Shown here: piece by piece, positions 1 to 9,501 of the stretch | Position numbering within the stretch: position 1 is the first letter of the stretch | How the letters are laid out: every line of letters begins with the position of its first letter | Assembly: GCA_027001995.1 (NCBI GenBank) | Contig: JALTLO010000136.1 | Location: forward strand, 1 to 43,504 | Direction of reading: 5' to 3' | DNA: 43,504 nt | Source of the DNA: Planctomycetota bacterium | GTDB taxonomy: Bacteria; Planctomycetota; GCA-002687715; DRQF01 | Made by a program: the position numbers and the translations under genes | The notes under the pieces: generated by a model | Seen by the model: only the letters and a program-made list of their open reading frames with translations | Told to the model about the DNA's origin: nothing | Databases searched by the model: none

Positions 1-2178
1 CAAACTACTTCAAAACCAACAAGCAAGAAGAGCGAGGAAGTTGAGAAGAAGAAGCCCGAGGCTGGAAAAGGAAAGGGGGATAGGGTCGGCAAAAAAGATA
101 GCGATGATAAGAAGGCTCCCAAATACGGGGGTGTTCGCTCCTTTCTCTGGTCACCCAAAAAATGTGAGTTGTTGTTTGTCTCTGGAGGTGATCTCTATCG
201 TCTTGACGCCGAATCCAAGAAGATCGAAAGACTCACCTCGACTCGGAGTGCTATCTCACGGGTCTCCTATTTGCCAAGTGGCGAGGGTTATGTCTATCGG
301 GCAGATTCTGCCATTATTCGTATTCGATTCGGCAGTGATCTCATTGACCGCATTGATCCGATTCTTCCGAAGGGAGAAACCCTTCGTAGCTTTAAGATGA
401 GTCCAGACGGGAAGTCCATCGTTATCGTTGCCTCTAAGGGTGAAAGCCGGCGGGGTGGCAGTCGCAAAGTGAGCATCGCGAATTATCGTGATCGCTTCAT
501 GAAAACTCGCGAAGTCTCTCGTCATGTGTCCGACGACCCCATAGGCAAACGAACGACTCTTATTTACCTTTGCAAGATTGGCGACACTCTGAAAGAAGAC
601 GGGCGTCTTCAAGAAGTCTGGTCTCAGGAAACAACTGGTCCACGTGACATCCTCAAGACTCCCGAATGGTCCGAAAGTTCTGACCGCATTAGCTTTCTGG
701 CATTCGAACAGTTGGGCGACAAAGCCAAAGTTGTGGAAGCCAAATTCATACATCAGAAGGAACGGATTCGGCGTCTGAAAGAAAAGCGCAAGAAGAAAGC
801 AAAAGAGTATGCCCAAGCCAAAAAGAAGCATGACTACGATGACAAGGCGCCGAAGCCCAAGAAGATAGACAAAGATCGATCGATCGAAGACGAACTCAAG
901 GACGCGCCGATCGCGGAGAGTCGTGTCGTCTATGAGTTCATGCATTCAGGGGGGCCGAATACTCCTGGAATGATTCATCCACGTTACCTCGCCGATGGCA
1001 AACGCATGGTTCTGATGACGGAGCAAAGTGGTTATCGTCAGCTTTACATTTTGGACCCCGCCTACTCGAGCCTTGATCAGTTGACCCGAGGACGGTTTGA
1101 GATCTACCCAGTAAAGATTTCGAAAGACCGTAAGTGGCTTTTCGTCACCGCAACAAAGGGGCAGCCATCTCATCAAAACCCCTACAAAGTCAATCTGAAG
1201 ACTGGTGAGATGGTGCCTTTGGCGAAAAAAGAAGGCTTTTATTCTTCTCTTGCCGTCAGTCCTGATGGTCTTCATCTTCTGGCTAACTTTGTTTGCTATG
1301 GCCAGCTAAAAGAACTGACCTATTGCAATGTGGCAAGTGGAAAAACGAGTTATCTTACTGACTCCCATACGGCGAAAGCGAAGAAACTCACAACCACGAG
1401 TCCTGAGTTCTTTAGCTACAAGAATCGTCACGGCCAAACGATCTACGGTCACATGTTCAAACCGGAAGGCATGGGGCCCGATGAGAAGCGTCCGCTCTTG
1501 ATCTATGTTTATGGTGGTCCTTTGGGAACCAACAAGATGGTGAAGGATGGGAGCTACAGTTCGGATTCCTATTTCTTTGCCCAGTACATGACACGGAAGC
1601 ACGGCTATGTTACTTGCACCATCGATCCTCGGGGTGCTTCAGGATACGGGGGTGCCTTCGAACGGGCTAACTTTGAGCGTGTGGGCAAACCTCAGGTTGA
1701 AGATCTTGTGGATGGAGTTGCTTTTCTTGTTCGAAAGCACGGCGTAGACGCTAAACGTGTTGGTATTCACGGATGGAGCTTCGGCGGATTTCAAACCCAA
1801 ATGTGCCTCTATACCGAACCCGACGTGTTCAAGTGTGGCATGGCTGGAGCTGGGCCAACGGAGTGGGAAAACTACAATTCTTGGTATTCCACCGGTACTA
1901 TTGGCAAAAGTCGCGTTGGGGTTCCTGACCTGAAGAAGTATTCGCTCTTGCCATTGGCTAAGAACTTAGAAGGCAAGCTCCTCTTGGTCCATGGAATGGA
2001 AGATTCCAATGTTCTCTACCAGGATACAGTGCGTGTTTACCGTGAACTCTTGAAGGCGGGTAAGGAGACCTTGGTCGAGCTATTTCTTGACCCCACAGGA
2101 AATCATGGACTTGGTGGCGATGTCAAGCGCCTGAACAAAGCGCGGAAGTATGAAGAGTTTTTGTTGCGCAATTTGTAG
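1..2178 (+). CDS. S9 family peptidase (dipeptidyl peptidase IV / prolyl oligopeptidase-like), 5' end outside the window
   Basis: Frame 1 is open from base 1 (QTTSKPTSKK...) into ORF 169..2178. Nucleophile motif GWSFGG, Asp in HGMEDSNV, His in GNHGL, plus YVYGGP and DPRGASGYG motifs. N-terminal beta-propeller-like repeats (SPDG). Confidence 0.9.
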   Translation, partial: QTTSKPTSKKSEEVEKKKPEAGKGKGDRVGKKDSDDKKAPKYGGVRSFLWSPKKCELLFVSGGDLYRLDAESKKIERLTSTRSAISRVSYLPSGEGYVYRADSAIIRIRFGSDLIDRIDPILPKGETLRSFKMSPDGKSIVIVASKGESRRGGSRKVSIANYRDRFMKTREVSRHVSDDPIGKRTTLIYLCKIGDTLKEDGRLQEVWSQETTGPRDILKTPEWSESSDRISFLAFEQLGDKAKVVEAKFIHQKERIRRLKEKRKKKAKEYAQAKKKHDYDDKAPKPKKIDKDRSIEDELKDAPIAESRVVYEFMHSGGPNTPGMIHPRYLADGKRMVLMTEQSGYRQLYILDPAYSSLDQLTRGRFEIYPVKISKDRKWLFVTATKGQPSHQNPYKVNLKTGEMVPLAKKEGFYSSLAVSPDGLHLLANFVCYGQLKELTYCNVASGKTSYLTDSHTAKAKKLTTTSPEFFSYKNRHGQTIYGHMFKPEGMGPDEKRPLLIYVYGGPLGTNKMVKDGSYSSDSYFFAQYMTRKHGYVTCTIDPRGASGYGGAFERANFERVGKPQVEDLVDGVAFLVRKHGVDAKRVGIHGWSFGGFQTQMCLYTEPDVFKCGMAGAGPTEWENYNSWYSTGTIGKSRVGVPDLKKYSLLPLAKNLEGKLLLVHGMEDSNVLYQDTVRVYRELLKAGKETLVELFLDPTGNHGLGGDVKRLNKARKYEEFLLRNL

Positions 2179-2369
2179 TGCCGAATAAACGCCGAGACCC
2201 TGATCTTGTTGGGGCGAGACTAGAAGCTCAGCCTCGGACATCGCTACATCCTTGTGGCTAAGGAACATCTATGGTCTTTGAGGACAGACCGATCTTGCAT
2301 GGTGTTTTCATGGTGGGCAGCCTCTTCTGTGGCCACATGGATGGGTGATCAGATAGAATCGAAGGGTTT

Positions 2370-3794
2370 CTAATGGTTGTCGCTTGTTTTCTTGAAGGCA
2401 ATGGTGCCTGTTCTGGAAAGTCTGAATTCTAAAGCAGTGACTTGGCCATTCTTGCCGCGCACAAAGTGAATCCTCCAGCCTCTTATCCTGAAGGTGTCTT
2501 TGGCGATCGCAGTCAGAAGCAAATCTTCGCCGCCGTAATCGATGTAGATTCCCTTTTTCTTGAGTGTGATGGTGTAGATCGCTGGTAGTTCGTCGTTTGA
2601 GAAGACGCCGACGAAACTTTTGAGTTCTTTGGTGGTGGGGGCTTTCGTCTTGTGATTTCTTTTCTTCTTGGGCCTTCTCGCTGATTCCCTTCGTGGGCTG
2701 AGTTTGTTCCCAAGGAGTACGTCTGCTACTTCCATGGCCAGAACGGAAGGAGTGGCTCGGGCGTGGTTTGCCAGGCAGATGATCGAGACCTTCTGATCAG
2801 GGAAACGAAGCATCTGGGCGCGGTAACCAGCGAATGCTCCCCCATGTGCATGAGTTTTCAGGCCACGATACTCGGAAACATCGATTCCACAGCCATAGCT
2901 GCCACTTGTGGGGACTGTTGTGAGCATTTTTTGGATAAGCTTGTTTCCGCCCGGCAAAGGACAGGAGTAGAAAATCTGGTCCCATTTGAGGAGGTCGCTA
3001 ACTGTGGTAAAGACACCCCCATCACCGACGTGGTTCAACTGAGTGTTACTAATCCACCATCGAGAATCTTCTTTCTCATAGCCGTCTGCTCGGTTTTTGA
3101 CGACCTCTGTATTGTCATCGTGAAAATGAGTGTGCTTCATCCCTAAGGGCGCGAATACCCGCTCTTCAGCAAATTCGCGCAAACTTGAATTTTTGACCCG
3201 GGCCACGATCTCACCTAAAAGCAGGTAATTTGAATTCGAATAGGAGAAATCTGAAGCGGGCTCAAACATCAACGTAGATTGCCGCACGATGATGCCAATG
3301 GAGTCTTCTGGTGTATATGATTCAGCGGCCGATTCGTCGGTGAGTTGGTGGAGAGCGAGATAGTCGGGGATGCCGCTGGTGTGATGGAGTAACTGCCAGA
3401 TGGTGCAAGCTGCCAGCTTAGGTTTCATGGCGGGGAAGAACTTGCCAATCGGATCTTTGAGTTGGATCTCGCCGTCTTCAGCTAAGATGAGAACGCACAT
3501 GGCGGTGAACTGTTTGGAGGTGGACGCGATTCTAAAAACGGTGGATGAGGAGTTGGAGATGTTGTGCTCTAAATTTGCCAAGCCGAATCCTTTGGCGTAG
3601 ATCAATTTTCCGTTCTCAATGATGCCAACAGATCCTCCAGGACCGTCTTCCCGGTTCCAATCTGCGAATATGCGGTCAATCTTGACCTTAGTCTGAGTGC
3701 TCAGTGTGTCGGTGAGGTGAGATTGACAATGGCCCTGAGATGAAAGAAGGAGGACAAGGGCTATGGCGCTGAAGACTCGTGTTGTGATTGACAT
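2370..3794 (-). CDS. Secreted serine hydrolase, beta-lactamase/AmpC (class C)-like family, with C-terminal extension
   Basis: SxxK in FRIASTSKQF, LLHHTSGI, YSNSNY and HGG motifs; signal peptide after MSITTRV. Start moved to ATG 3794, preceded by GGAG. Confidence 0.88.
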   Translation of the reverse strand: MSITTRVFSAIALVLLLSSQGHCQSHLTDTLSTQTKVKIDRIFADWNREDGPGGSVGIIENGKLIYAKGFGLANLEHNISNSSSTVFRIASTSKQFTAMCVLILAEDGEIQLKDPIGKFFPAMKPKLAACTIWQLLHHTSGIPDYLALHQLTDESAAESYTPEDSIGIIVRQSTLMFEPASDFSYSNSNYLLLGEIVARVKNSSLREFAEERVFAPLGMKHTHFHDDNTEVVKNRADGYEKEDSRWWISNTQLNHVGDGGVFTTVSDLLKWDQIFYSCPLPGGNKLIQKMLTTVPTSGSYGCGIDVSEYRGLKTHAHGGAFAGYRAQMLRFPDQKVSIICLANHARATPSVLAMEVADVLLGNKLSPRRESARRPKKKRNHKTKAPTTKELKSFVGVFSNDELPAIYTITLKKKGIYIDYGGEDLLLTAIAKDTFRIRGWRIHFVRGKNGQVTALEFRLSRTGTIAFKKTSDNH

Positions 3795-3908
3795 GGGGAC
3801 TCCAAGGATGGTGCTCTTGTACTCTATACTCTTTCCCAAGGAATGGGCAAGTGAAGGGGCGTGCTACCAGTAGCGCTTACTGTGTCAGGTTTGTCTGCTC
3901 AGCGACTT

Positions 3909-4376
3909 TCAATTCGGCGACTTGATTTCCGGAAGAACGTAGCTTTGCTTCACCACGCCAAAAGCGAAACTGGAATCGACATCGCGGATCCCTGGGATCC
4001 GCGACAACTCTTCCCGAACAAAACGCTCGTAGCTCTTGAGATCTTCGCTGACAATTTTCAAGAGGTAGTCGCGATTGCCACTCATGAGATAACACGCCAA
4101 GACGTGATCCAAACGTCTTATCCCGTCTTCGAATGCATCAATCGTCTCTTGATTATGAGTTGCGAGCCTTACGCTCACAAAGACGCAGACAGGGAGCCCA
4201 TATTTTTCATGATCCACGATGGCGGTGTAACCCTGAAGAATTCCTCGTTCTTCCAAGAGTCTGGTCCGGCGCAGGCAGGGGGAGGGAGAAAGATTGATTT
4301 TTTCGGCGATATCCTGATTGGTCTGGCGAGCATTAAATTGCAATTCTCTTACAATATTGACATCGATTTCATCCAT
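3909..4376 (-). CDS. Lrp/AsnC family transcriptional regulator, divergent from methionine gamma-lyase
   Basis: MDEID...NARQTNQDIAEKINLSPSPCLRR HTH, C-terminal RAM domain (CYLMSGNRDYLLK), AAGGAG RBS. Confidence 0.95.
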   Translation of the reverse strand: MDEIDVNIVRELQFNARQTNQDIAEKINLSPSPCLRRTRLLEERGILQGYTAIVDHEKYGLPVCVFVSVRLATHNQETIDAFEDGIRRLDHVLACYLMSGNRDYLLKIVSEDLKSYERFVREELSRIPGIRDVDSSFAFGVVKQSYVLPEIKSPN

Positions 4377-4388
4377 TTAGACTCTCCT

Positions 4389-4403
4389 TGGCATATTCTG
4401 CTG
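4389..4403. promoter_or_regulatory. Putative Lrp-family binding site in the divergent lrp/megL region
   Basis: TGGCATATTCTGCTG matches 13 of 15 positions of the E. coli Lrp consensus YAGHAWATTWTDCTR and lies just upstream of the regulator RBS. Confidence 0.45.
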
Positions 4404-4557
4404 GAAACTACCTGATATAAAGCATTGTTTGGCGTCAGATTTCAAGGATCTCGTGCTATTTTATGGGTGGTCGCTTTTGGCAAGAGCCAGAAGGGGCGTT
4501 GGGGCTGCCCAAGCTTCCTCGATGGAAGATTTGGTGGCAGTAGAAAAGGAGCGAGAC

Positions 4558-5796
4558 ATGACAGCACTGAAGAATTCTCTCAAGCTTGGGTTTGCTACGA
4601 GGGCCATTCATGAAGGCTATGATCCCAGATCAAGTGGTGGGTCTCTCGTGCCACCGGTGCACATGACATCAACTTATGTCTTTGAAAACGTCGCCGAAGG
4701 AGCGGCCCTGTTCGCCGGTGAAAAGCCAGGGCACTTCTATTCGCGCATCAGTAACCCAACCGTTGAACTGCTTGAGAAGAGGTTGGCAACTTTGGAATCC
4801 GCAGAGGCGGCAGTTGCGTTCGCTTCGGGGATGGGGGCTATCACTTCTGTCCTATGGACGCTCCTAGAATCTGGCGATGAGATCATAGTTGATGAAACAC
4901 TCTACGGTTGCACTTTTACCTACATGCAGGAAGGACTCTCCAAGTTTGGGGTGAAAGTTAGGTTCGTGAACATGCGCGATCTTGATTTGCTAGAAGCGTC
5001 GATCACCTCAGCAACGAAGTTGTTCTTCTATGAATCCCCAGCGAATCCGAATATGCGCTTGGTTGATATTAAGGCCCTTAGCAAAATTGCCCGAACTCAT
5101 GGTATTCTGTCGGTGGTCGACAATACCTATTGCACTCCTTATTTGTCGCGACCAATCGAAATGGGAGCAGACTTGGTCGTTCATTCGGCCACCAAGTATT
5201 TGGGCGGACATGGCGATCTCATCGCGGGCTTGGCGGCTGGTTCGCAAGAGATCATGACGCGGGTGCGTTTGGAAGGTCTGAAAGACATGACGGGTTCGGT
5301 GATGTCACCTTTGGTTGCTCACCAAGTGATGCGCGGGCTCAAGACTTTGGAAATCCGGATGGAAAGGCATTCGCAATCGGCTCAAGCGATTGCTGAGTTC
5401 TTAGCGGAGAATCGGGCTGTAGCTCAGGTCTATTTTCCTGGACTGCCCACTTTCTCTCAGTTCTCCTTGGCGCAGAAGCAGATGAAATTGCCCGGTGGCA
5501 TGATTGCCTTCGAATTGCGTGGTGGCTTGGAAGCGGGTATCCAAATGATGGATTCTTTGCAACTCATCCAAAGGGCGGTGAGCCTTGGTGATGCTGATAG
5601 TCTCATCCAACACCCAGCGAGTATGACGCATTCGGTCTACTCCCCAGAAGAGCGGAAACGACACCACATCTCAGACGGACTGGTACGCCTCTCGGTTGGC
5701 TTAGAGACGGTAGAAGATCTTATTTCAGATCTTCAGCAGGCTTTGGCACCCCTGATGAGCGAAGCGCGCAATTCGCATTTGCCAAGTTGTTCCTGA
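4558..5796 (+). CDS. megL: Methionine gamma-lyase (PLP-dependent, Cys/Met metabolism family)
   Basis: GFATRAIH, YSRISNPT, ASGMGAI, LYGCT (Cys typical of MGL), PLP lysine in HSATKYLGGHGD, GLKDMTG, AVSLGD, HPASMTHS. Start ATG 4558 follows AAGGAG. Divergent Lrp arrangement as in mdeR-mdeA. Confidence 0.9.
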   Translation: MTALKNSLKLGFATRAIHEGYDPRSSGGSLVPPVHMTSTYVFENVAEGAALFAGEKPGHFYSRISNPTVELLEKRLATLESAEAAVAFASGMGAITSVLWTLLESGDEIIVDETLYGCTFTYMQEGLSKFGVKVRFVNMRDLDLLEASITSATKLFFYESPANPNMRLVDIKALSKIARTHGILSVVDNTYCTPYLSRPIEMGADLVVHSATKYLGGHGDLIAGLAAGSQEIMTRVRLEGLKDMTGSVMSPLVAHQVMRGLKTLEIRMERHSQSAQAIAEFLAENRAVAQVYFPGLPTFSQFSLAQKQMKLPGGMIAFELRGGLEAGIQMMDSLQLIQRAVSLGDADSLIQHPASMTHSVYSPEERKRHHISDGLVRLSVGLETVEDLISDLQQALAPLMSEARNSHLPSCS

Positions 5797-5980
5797 TCGT
5801 CTTTTCATTCCGTGTAAGCCGCCATCTCGTTTGAGGCTTTCATCGGCAGGGAATTATAGTCAGACCGGCTCTTAGTTTTAAGAGAGGGAATTGATCGCGA
5901 ATGAGTCCAGCGATAGGTGCGCCTCAAATAGACCAGCAAAGCAATGAGAGCGCCGACACCGTCATTGGTCTTTTGACAGG

Positions 5981-6022
5981 TTTTCTACCGGTCGTAAGTT
6001 CTTTTCTACCGGTCGTAAGTTC
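5981..6022 (+). repeat. Perfect tandem duplication of a 21-bp unit TTTTCTACCGGTCGTAAGTTC
   Basis: Bases 5981-6001 and 6002-6022 are identical; intergenic between convergent genes. Confidence 0.9.
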
Positions 6023-6118
6023 CTCACTTTGCGGGTAGATAGACTCAGGTGACCACCGAAAGTATGCCTTTTGGGATTCAGCGATCTATTCCTGGAGAGC
6101 CACTTATGAGCATGCAGG

Positions 6119-6649
6119 TTAGCGGGGAGTGGTCAGAGTCACGTCTTTGTGGCTGACATCACCTTGTCTTGTTCTCAGTGACACGCTCACAATGTAGTCA
6201 CTGTTTCTTTCTAAGTATCCACTCGAAAACTCTAAGTCTTGACTTCCGCCGTAACGGTTGTCGAGCTTGTTGAAATTCTTGACATTGTTGAAAACCGTTT
6301 TGCCGAACTTATCCTTCGTGGTGATTTCGATGCTCGTGACGTTGCCGAAGTTCTTGTCTTTTGCGCTGGGTTGGCAATCGCGGTTGGTGGCTTTGCCGCT
6401 CCTGGGAGGATCAGCACAGACATAGACTTTGAGGACAACCACGTTTGTCCCTTTTTTCTTCTTGAATTTGTTGATGTGGATATAGGGAGGTTTCACTTGG
6501 GGTGCAACAAAATCCATGCCCGAAGAGAGATCATGGCTTCTCCTCACCAGGCCTGCGCCTTGGCGTGTGCCGTAGGATTGAACAGGCGAATGACCCAAAC
6601 TCAAGATGGTTAGGGCAGCAAGCAACATCGTGGGTGCGCTGTGCAACAT
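6119..6649 (-). CDS. Small secreted hypothetical protein, possible fibronectin type III-like fold
   Basis: Hydrophobic signal-like N-terminus. C-terminal LERNSDYIVSVSLRTRQGDVSHKDVTLTTP resembles the Fn3 end motif. Start overlaps the kinase stop (TAATG). Confidence 0.65.
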   Translation of the reverse strand: MLHSAPTMLLAALTILSLGHSPVQSYGTRQGAGLVRRSHDLSSGMDFVAPQVKPPYIHINKFKKKKGTNVVVLKVYVCADPPRSGKATNRDCQPSAKDKNFGNVTSIEITTKDKFGKTVFNNVKNFNKLDNRYGGSQDLEFSSGYLERNSDYIVSVSLRTRQGDVSHKDVTLTTPR

Positions 6650-9501
6650 TAATTCTCTTCTCCTAAACCCTCAAACTGCTTCAATGCAGCTTCGCACATT
6701 TGAATCAGGCTGGTTATGGACTCAACGTAGCCCGGGTCCAGCTCTTCCGCCGCCATTTTGTCTTTTGCAGCCTGAATTGCCAGGCTTAGCCCGGACTTTG
6801 CGCCTTTCATCTCAGAATTTCCTGCCTTTCCCACCCCCAGTGCTAAAACGCGGTACGCCTCGGAAAGATGCTGGGCAGCCAGGATCTCGATGGACGGGTC
6901 TTCATCTTGAGATCTTCTGAGAGCACGTCGGACGTTCTGAGCCGCTCGCTGGGCATATGTCATGAGCTTCGGATTCTTGTCGTTCCAGTTCGATTCCCTG
7001 TTGACGATGTCTTTTCCGCGGTGCAGATACGTCCAGATCACAATGAGGGTGAAATTCTGGACATCTTCTCGTCCTTCTAACTCGGGGATTTCACTATCGC
7101 CGAACCAGCCCAAGAAAGTTTCGCTCAGATCGAGGACCATCTGGTCTTCGTTCTCAGTTGAAGCCCCGAAAACAGCCACGGATGCTAAGTAAGTGGTGGC
7201 CTCTCCGAAAATGGGTTTCACCTCTGGCGGCCAAGAATACTTCATTATAGAGGTCAGCCATTGGTGGATTGTTCGCCAAGGCTTGACCAGGTCATTCTCG
7301 ATGAATTGCTCTCTCAGGGTGGCGGTTGCTGGCTGTCTTCCTGCGGGAAAGCCGCTTAGGTCTGTGAGCCAAATGGACATACGTTCTGCTAAACCTGGGG
7401 CCATTTCGAAGGCGTTACAGGCAAGTTGGGCCGCTTGATTCATCATCGCATCTGAATTGCTCGGAGCCTTGTGAGCAGCGAAAATCAACGACCTCGCTTG
7501 AAGGAATTGGGTCCCTGCTTTGTCGGATTCACTATTGGAGTCAAGCCTTAAGCTCTCAAAAATCGGGTAGGCCAATTCTGGGCGGCCAAGTTGATGTTCG
7601 ACAATGGCGACAAAGAAACGCAGCATTCGATGGCGAGGGTTTTGTTGGGAGGTGGCCACCAAGTCTTTTCGCAATGACTCGAACTCAGACTGTTTGACTG
7701 GCTGCCAAAAGCCAGATGTTGTTTCGTCGCTTTGTAACTCGATTTGCTCAGTGCGAGAGAGGAAGTCCTGTTGAAAATGTCGGTAGGCGCGGATGCAAAG
7801 AGATTGTGTTGTTGGCGATTCTTGGGGATTGATTTCGCCTAGTAACCTACGAAATGACTGGTGGTCTCTTACGCCGATGTGACAAAGAAGTTGGATCTCA
7901 GTAATGAGGTTGTTTCGTTTGATTCCCTGATTGTTCTTGATGACTTGGAGAGCACCTTTGAAATTGCCATCCATGACTTCGGCAAATGCTGCCATGCCGA
8001 GGAGTTCTGGGCTCGGGCAGTACTTGAGATGAACCGAGATTTCGTTCTTTTTCTTGCGGTGGGATGAGGTGTGGGCCAATTGCTCGACCACCACACCCTG
8101 CTGGGCGAACATCTCGTCGATCATCTCACCACTCACATTGGGCATGGCCCCACGGTACATAGCCAGAAATGCCGGATCTCCGTCGAACATGGCGGCGTTC
8201 TTGGCGAAAAACGGCGAGAACTCAGCCCACCGTCCTTCATCCACGATGGAGCGGGCTTGGGCGAGTATGCTGGCTCGATGCTGCCTGGTGGATACTGTTC
8301 TCCAAGTTCCCCAGATCAGAAGCGTCAAGATCGCTATGAAAGCAAAGGACGCAAGAATGGGGTGCTTCCTGGTTTGGCGGACTGTTTTTTCGATGAACCG
8401 TTCTTCAGCATGAATTAAAGCAGCGTCACGAAGCCAGGCGTCTAGGTCCTTTTCAAGTTCGTTTGCTTGTTGGTATCGCAGTCGCACATCCTTTTGCAGA
8501 GCTCGTTCGAAGATGGGGTTGAGAGATGCTGGAACCCCATGACCCTTGGACACTGGGGGGATGGGATCATGGACGATCTGCAAAAGCAGACCGCTACGGC
8601 TTGCTCCTCGTTGAACGGCTCGGGCGCCGGTAAGGAGTTCCCAGAATGAAACGGCCAAACTGTAGATGTCGCTCCGGCCATCGTGCCCGGCGAATCCTGT
8701 CTGGGTTTGCTCCGGGCTCATGTAAGGAAGGGTCCCAGCTAGAATCCCTCGAACGTCCGAACCTGACAAATCGAAAGATAAACCAAAGTCAATGAGGTGA
8801 AGTCCACCGTCGTTAGCGACCATGAGATTTTGAGGTTTGATGTCTCGGTGAACAAGTTCTGCATCTTCCATGGCACTGAGTGCAGACGCGCCTTGGCGAA
8901 ACCACTCAACGTAGCGCAGCAGATCGTCGCGACTGAGAGCGCGAATCTTCCCTTTGGATTTGATCTTGCTCGATTTATTGTCTCCCGTGTCAAAGGACAG
9001 GAAATGGTCTTCTTGTTTCGATTCATCGCGGCGTGATTCGATCTTGGAAGCGATGCTCTCTCCTACAACAAGTTCGATGGCAACCCAGCAGAGGCCTGTT
9101 TTTTGGTCGCGGCCGTGGCCGAAAACCTTGACAATCCCGGGGTGGTTGACGCTGGCCAATGCCTCCGATTCTCGTTGCAAAGAGTTCGCTCTCTTACGAT
9201 CGTCGATACTTGCGATTTTAAGAGCACAGGAAATGCCGGTGGTGGTGTCAATTGCTTGGTAAACCGTGCCGAATGCTCCATGACCAAGTTGAGCTTTCAG
9301 CTCGAAGCGGTCGATGGTTTTCATTTCTTTCAGGCGGGCTTCATCTTTTTCGCGATTGGCCCAGTAGCGAGAGAATCGGTCAAGCACGTTGGCTGCTTGA
9401 GGGGCGCCTTCATTGCCTTCCCCAGCGAGAAGGGTCTCCAAATGGGCGAGCTGTTCAGCGTCGAGCCCTTTGGCCGTTTTCTTTTCATCTTTGTCTTGCA
9501 T
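6649..9501 (-). CDS. Hanks-type serine/threonine protein kinase with one TM helix and a large helical/TPR-like C-terminal region
   Basis: GHGAFGTV, ALK, HRDIKPQNL, DFG, GTLPYMSPEQ and DIYSL subdomains; TM segment ILASFAFIAILTLLIWGTW. Confidence 0.93.
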   Translation of the reverse strand: MQDKDEKKTAKGLDAEQLAHLETLLAGEGNEGAPQAANVLDRFSRYWANREKDEARLKEMKTIDRFELKAQLGHGAFGTVYQAIDTTTGISCALKIASIDDRKRANSLQRESEALASVNHPGIVKVFGHGRDQKTGLCWVAIELVVGESIASKIESRRDESKQEDHFLSFDTGDNKSSKIKSKGKIRALSRDDLLRYVEWFRQGASALSAMEDAELVHRDIKPQNLMVANDGGLHLIDFGLSFDLSGSDVRGILAGTLPYMSPEQTQTGFAGHDGRSDIYSLAVSFWELLTGARAVQRGASRSGLLLQIVHDPIPPVSKGHGVPASLNPIFERALQKDVRLRYQQANELEKDLDAWLRDAALIHAEERFIEKTVRQTRKHPILASFAFIAILTLLIWGTWRTVSTRQHRASILAQARSIVDEGRWAEFSPFFAKNAAMFDGDPAFLAMYRGAMPNVSGEMIDEMFAQQGVVVEQLAHTSSHRKKKNEISVHLKYCPSPELLGMAAFAEVMDGNFKGALQVIKNNQGIKRNNLITEIQLLCHIGVRDHQSFRRLLGEINPQESPTTQSLCIRAYRHFQQDFLSRTEQIELQSDETTSGFWQPVKQSEFESLRKDLVATSQQNPRHRMLRFFVAIVEHQLGRPELAYPIFESLRLDSNSESDKAGTQFLQARSLIFAAHKAPSNSDAMMNQAAQLACNAFEMAPGLAERMSIWLTDLSGFPAGRQPATATLREQFIENDLVKPWRTIHQWLTSIMKYSWPPEVKPIFGEATTYLASVAVFGASTENEDQMVLDLSETFLGWFGDSEIPELEGREDVQNFTLIVIWTYLHRGKDIVNRESNWNDKNPKLMTYAQRAAQNVRRALRRSQDEDPSIEILAAQHLSEAYRVLALGVGKAGNSEMKGAKSGLSLAIQAAKDKMAAEELDPGYVESITSLIQMCEAALKQFEGLGEEN

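Noticed and set aside
256..945. 229-aa minus-strand ORF
   Set aside because: Antisense shadow of the well-supported S9 peptidase; no motifs.
2370..3794. Antibiotic-resistance beta-lactamase
   Set aside because: Motifs fit the broad serine hydrolase/peptidase family (HGG rather than KTG); resistance cannot be inferred.
3861..4415. 184-aa plus-strand ORF
   Set aside because: Antisense to the Lrp regulator.
4404..4557. Possible SAM riboswitch upstream of megL
   Set aside because: No recognisable SAM-I (ATC...AGA...GAT) or SAM-II core; Lrp control explains the region.
5981..6022. Possible CRISPR repeat
   Set aside because: Only two adjacent copies, no spacer, and no cas genes.
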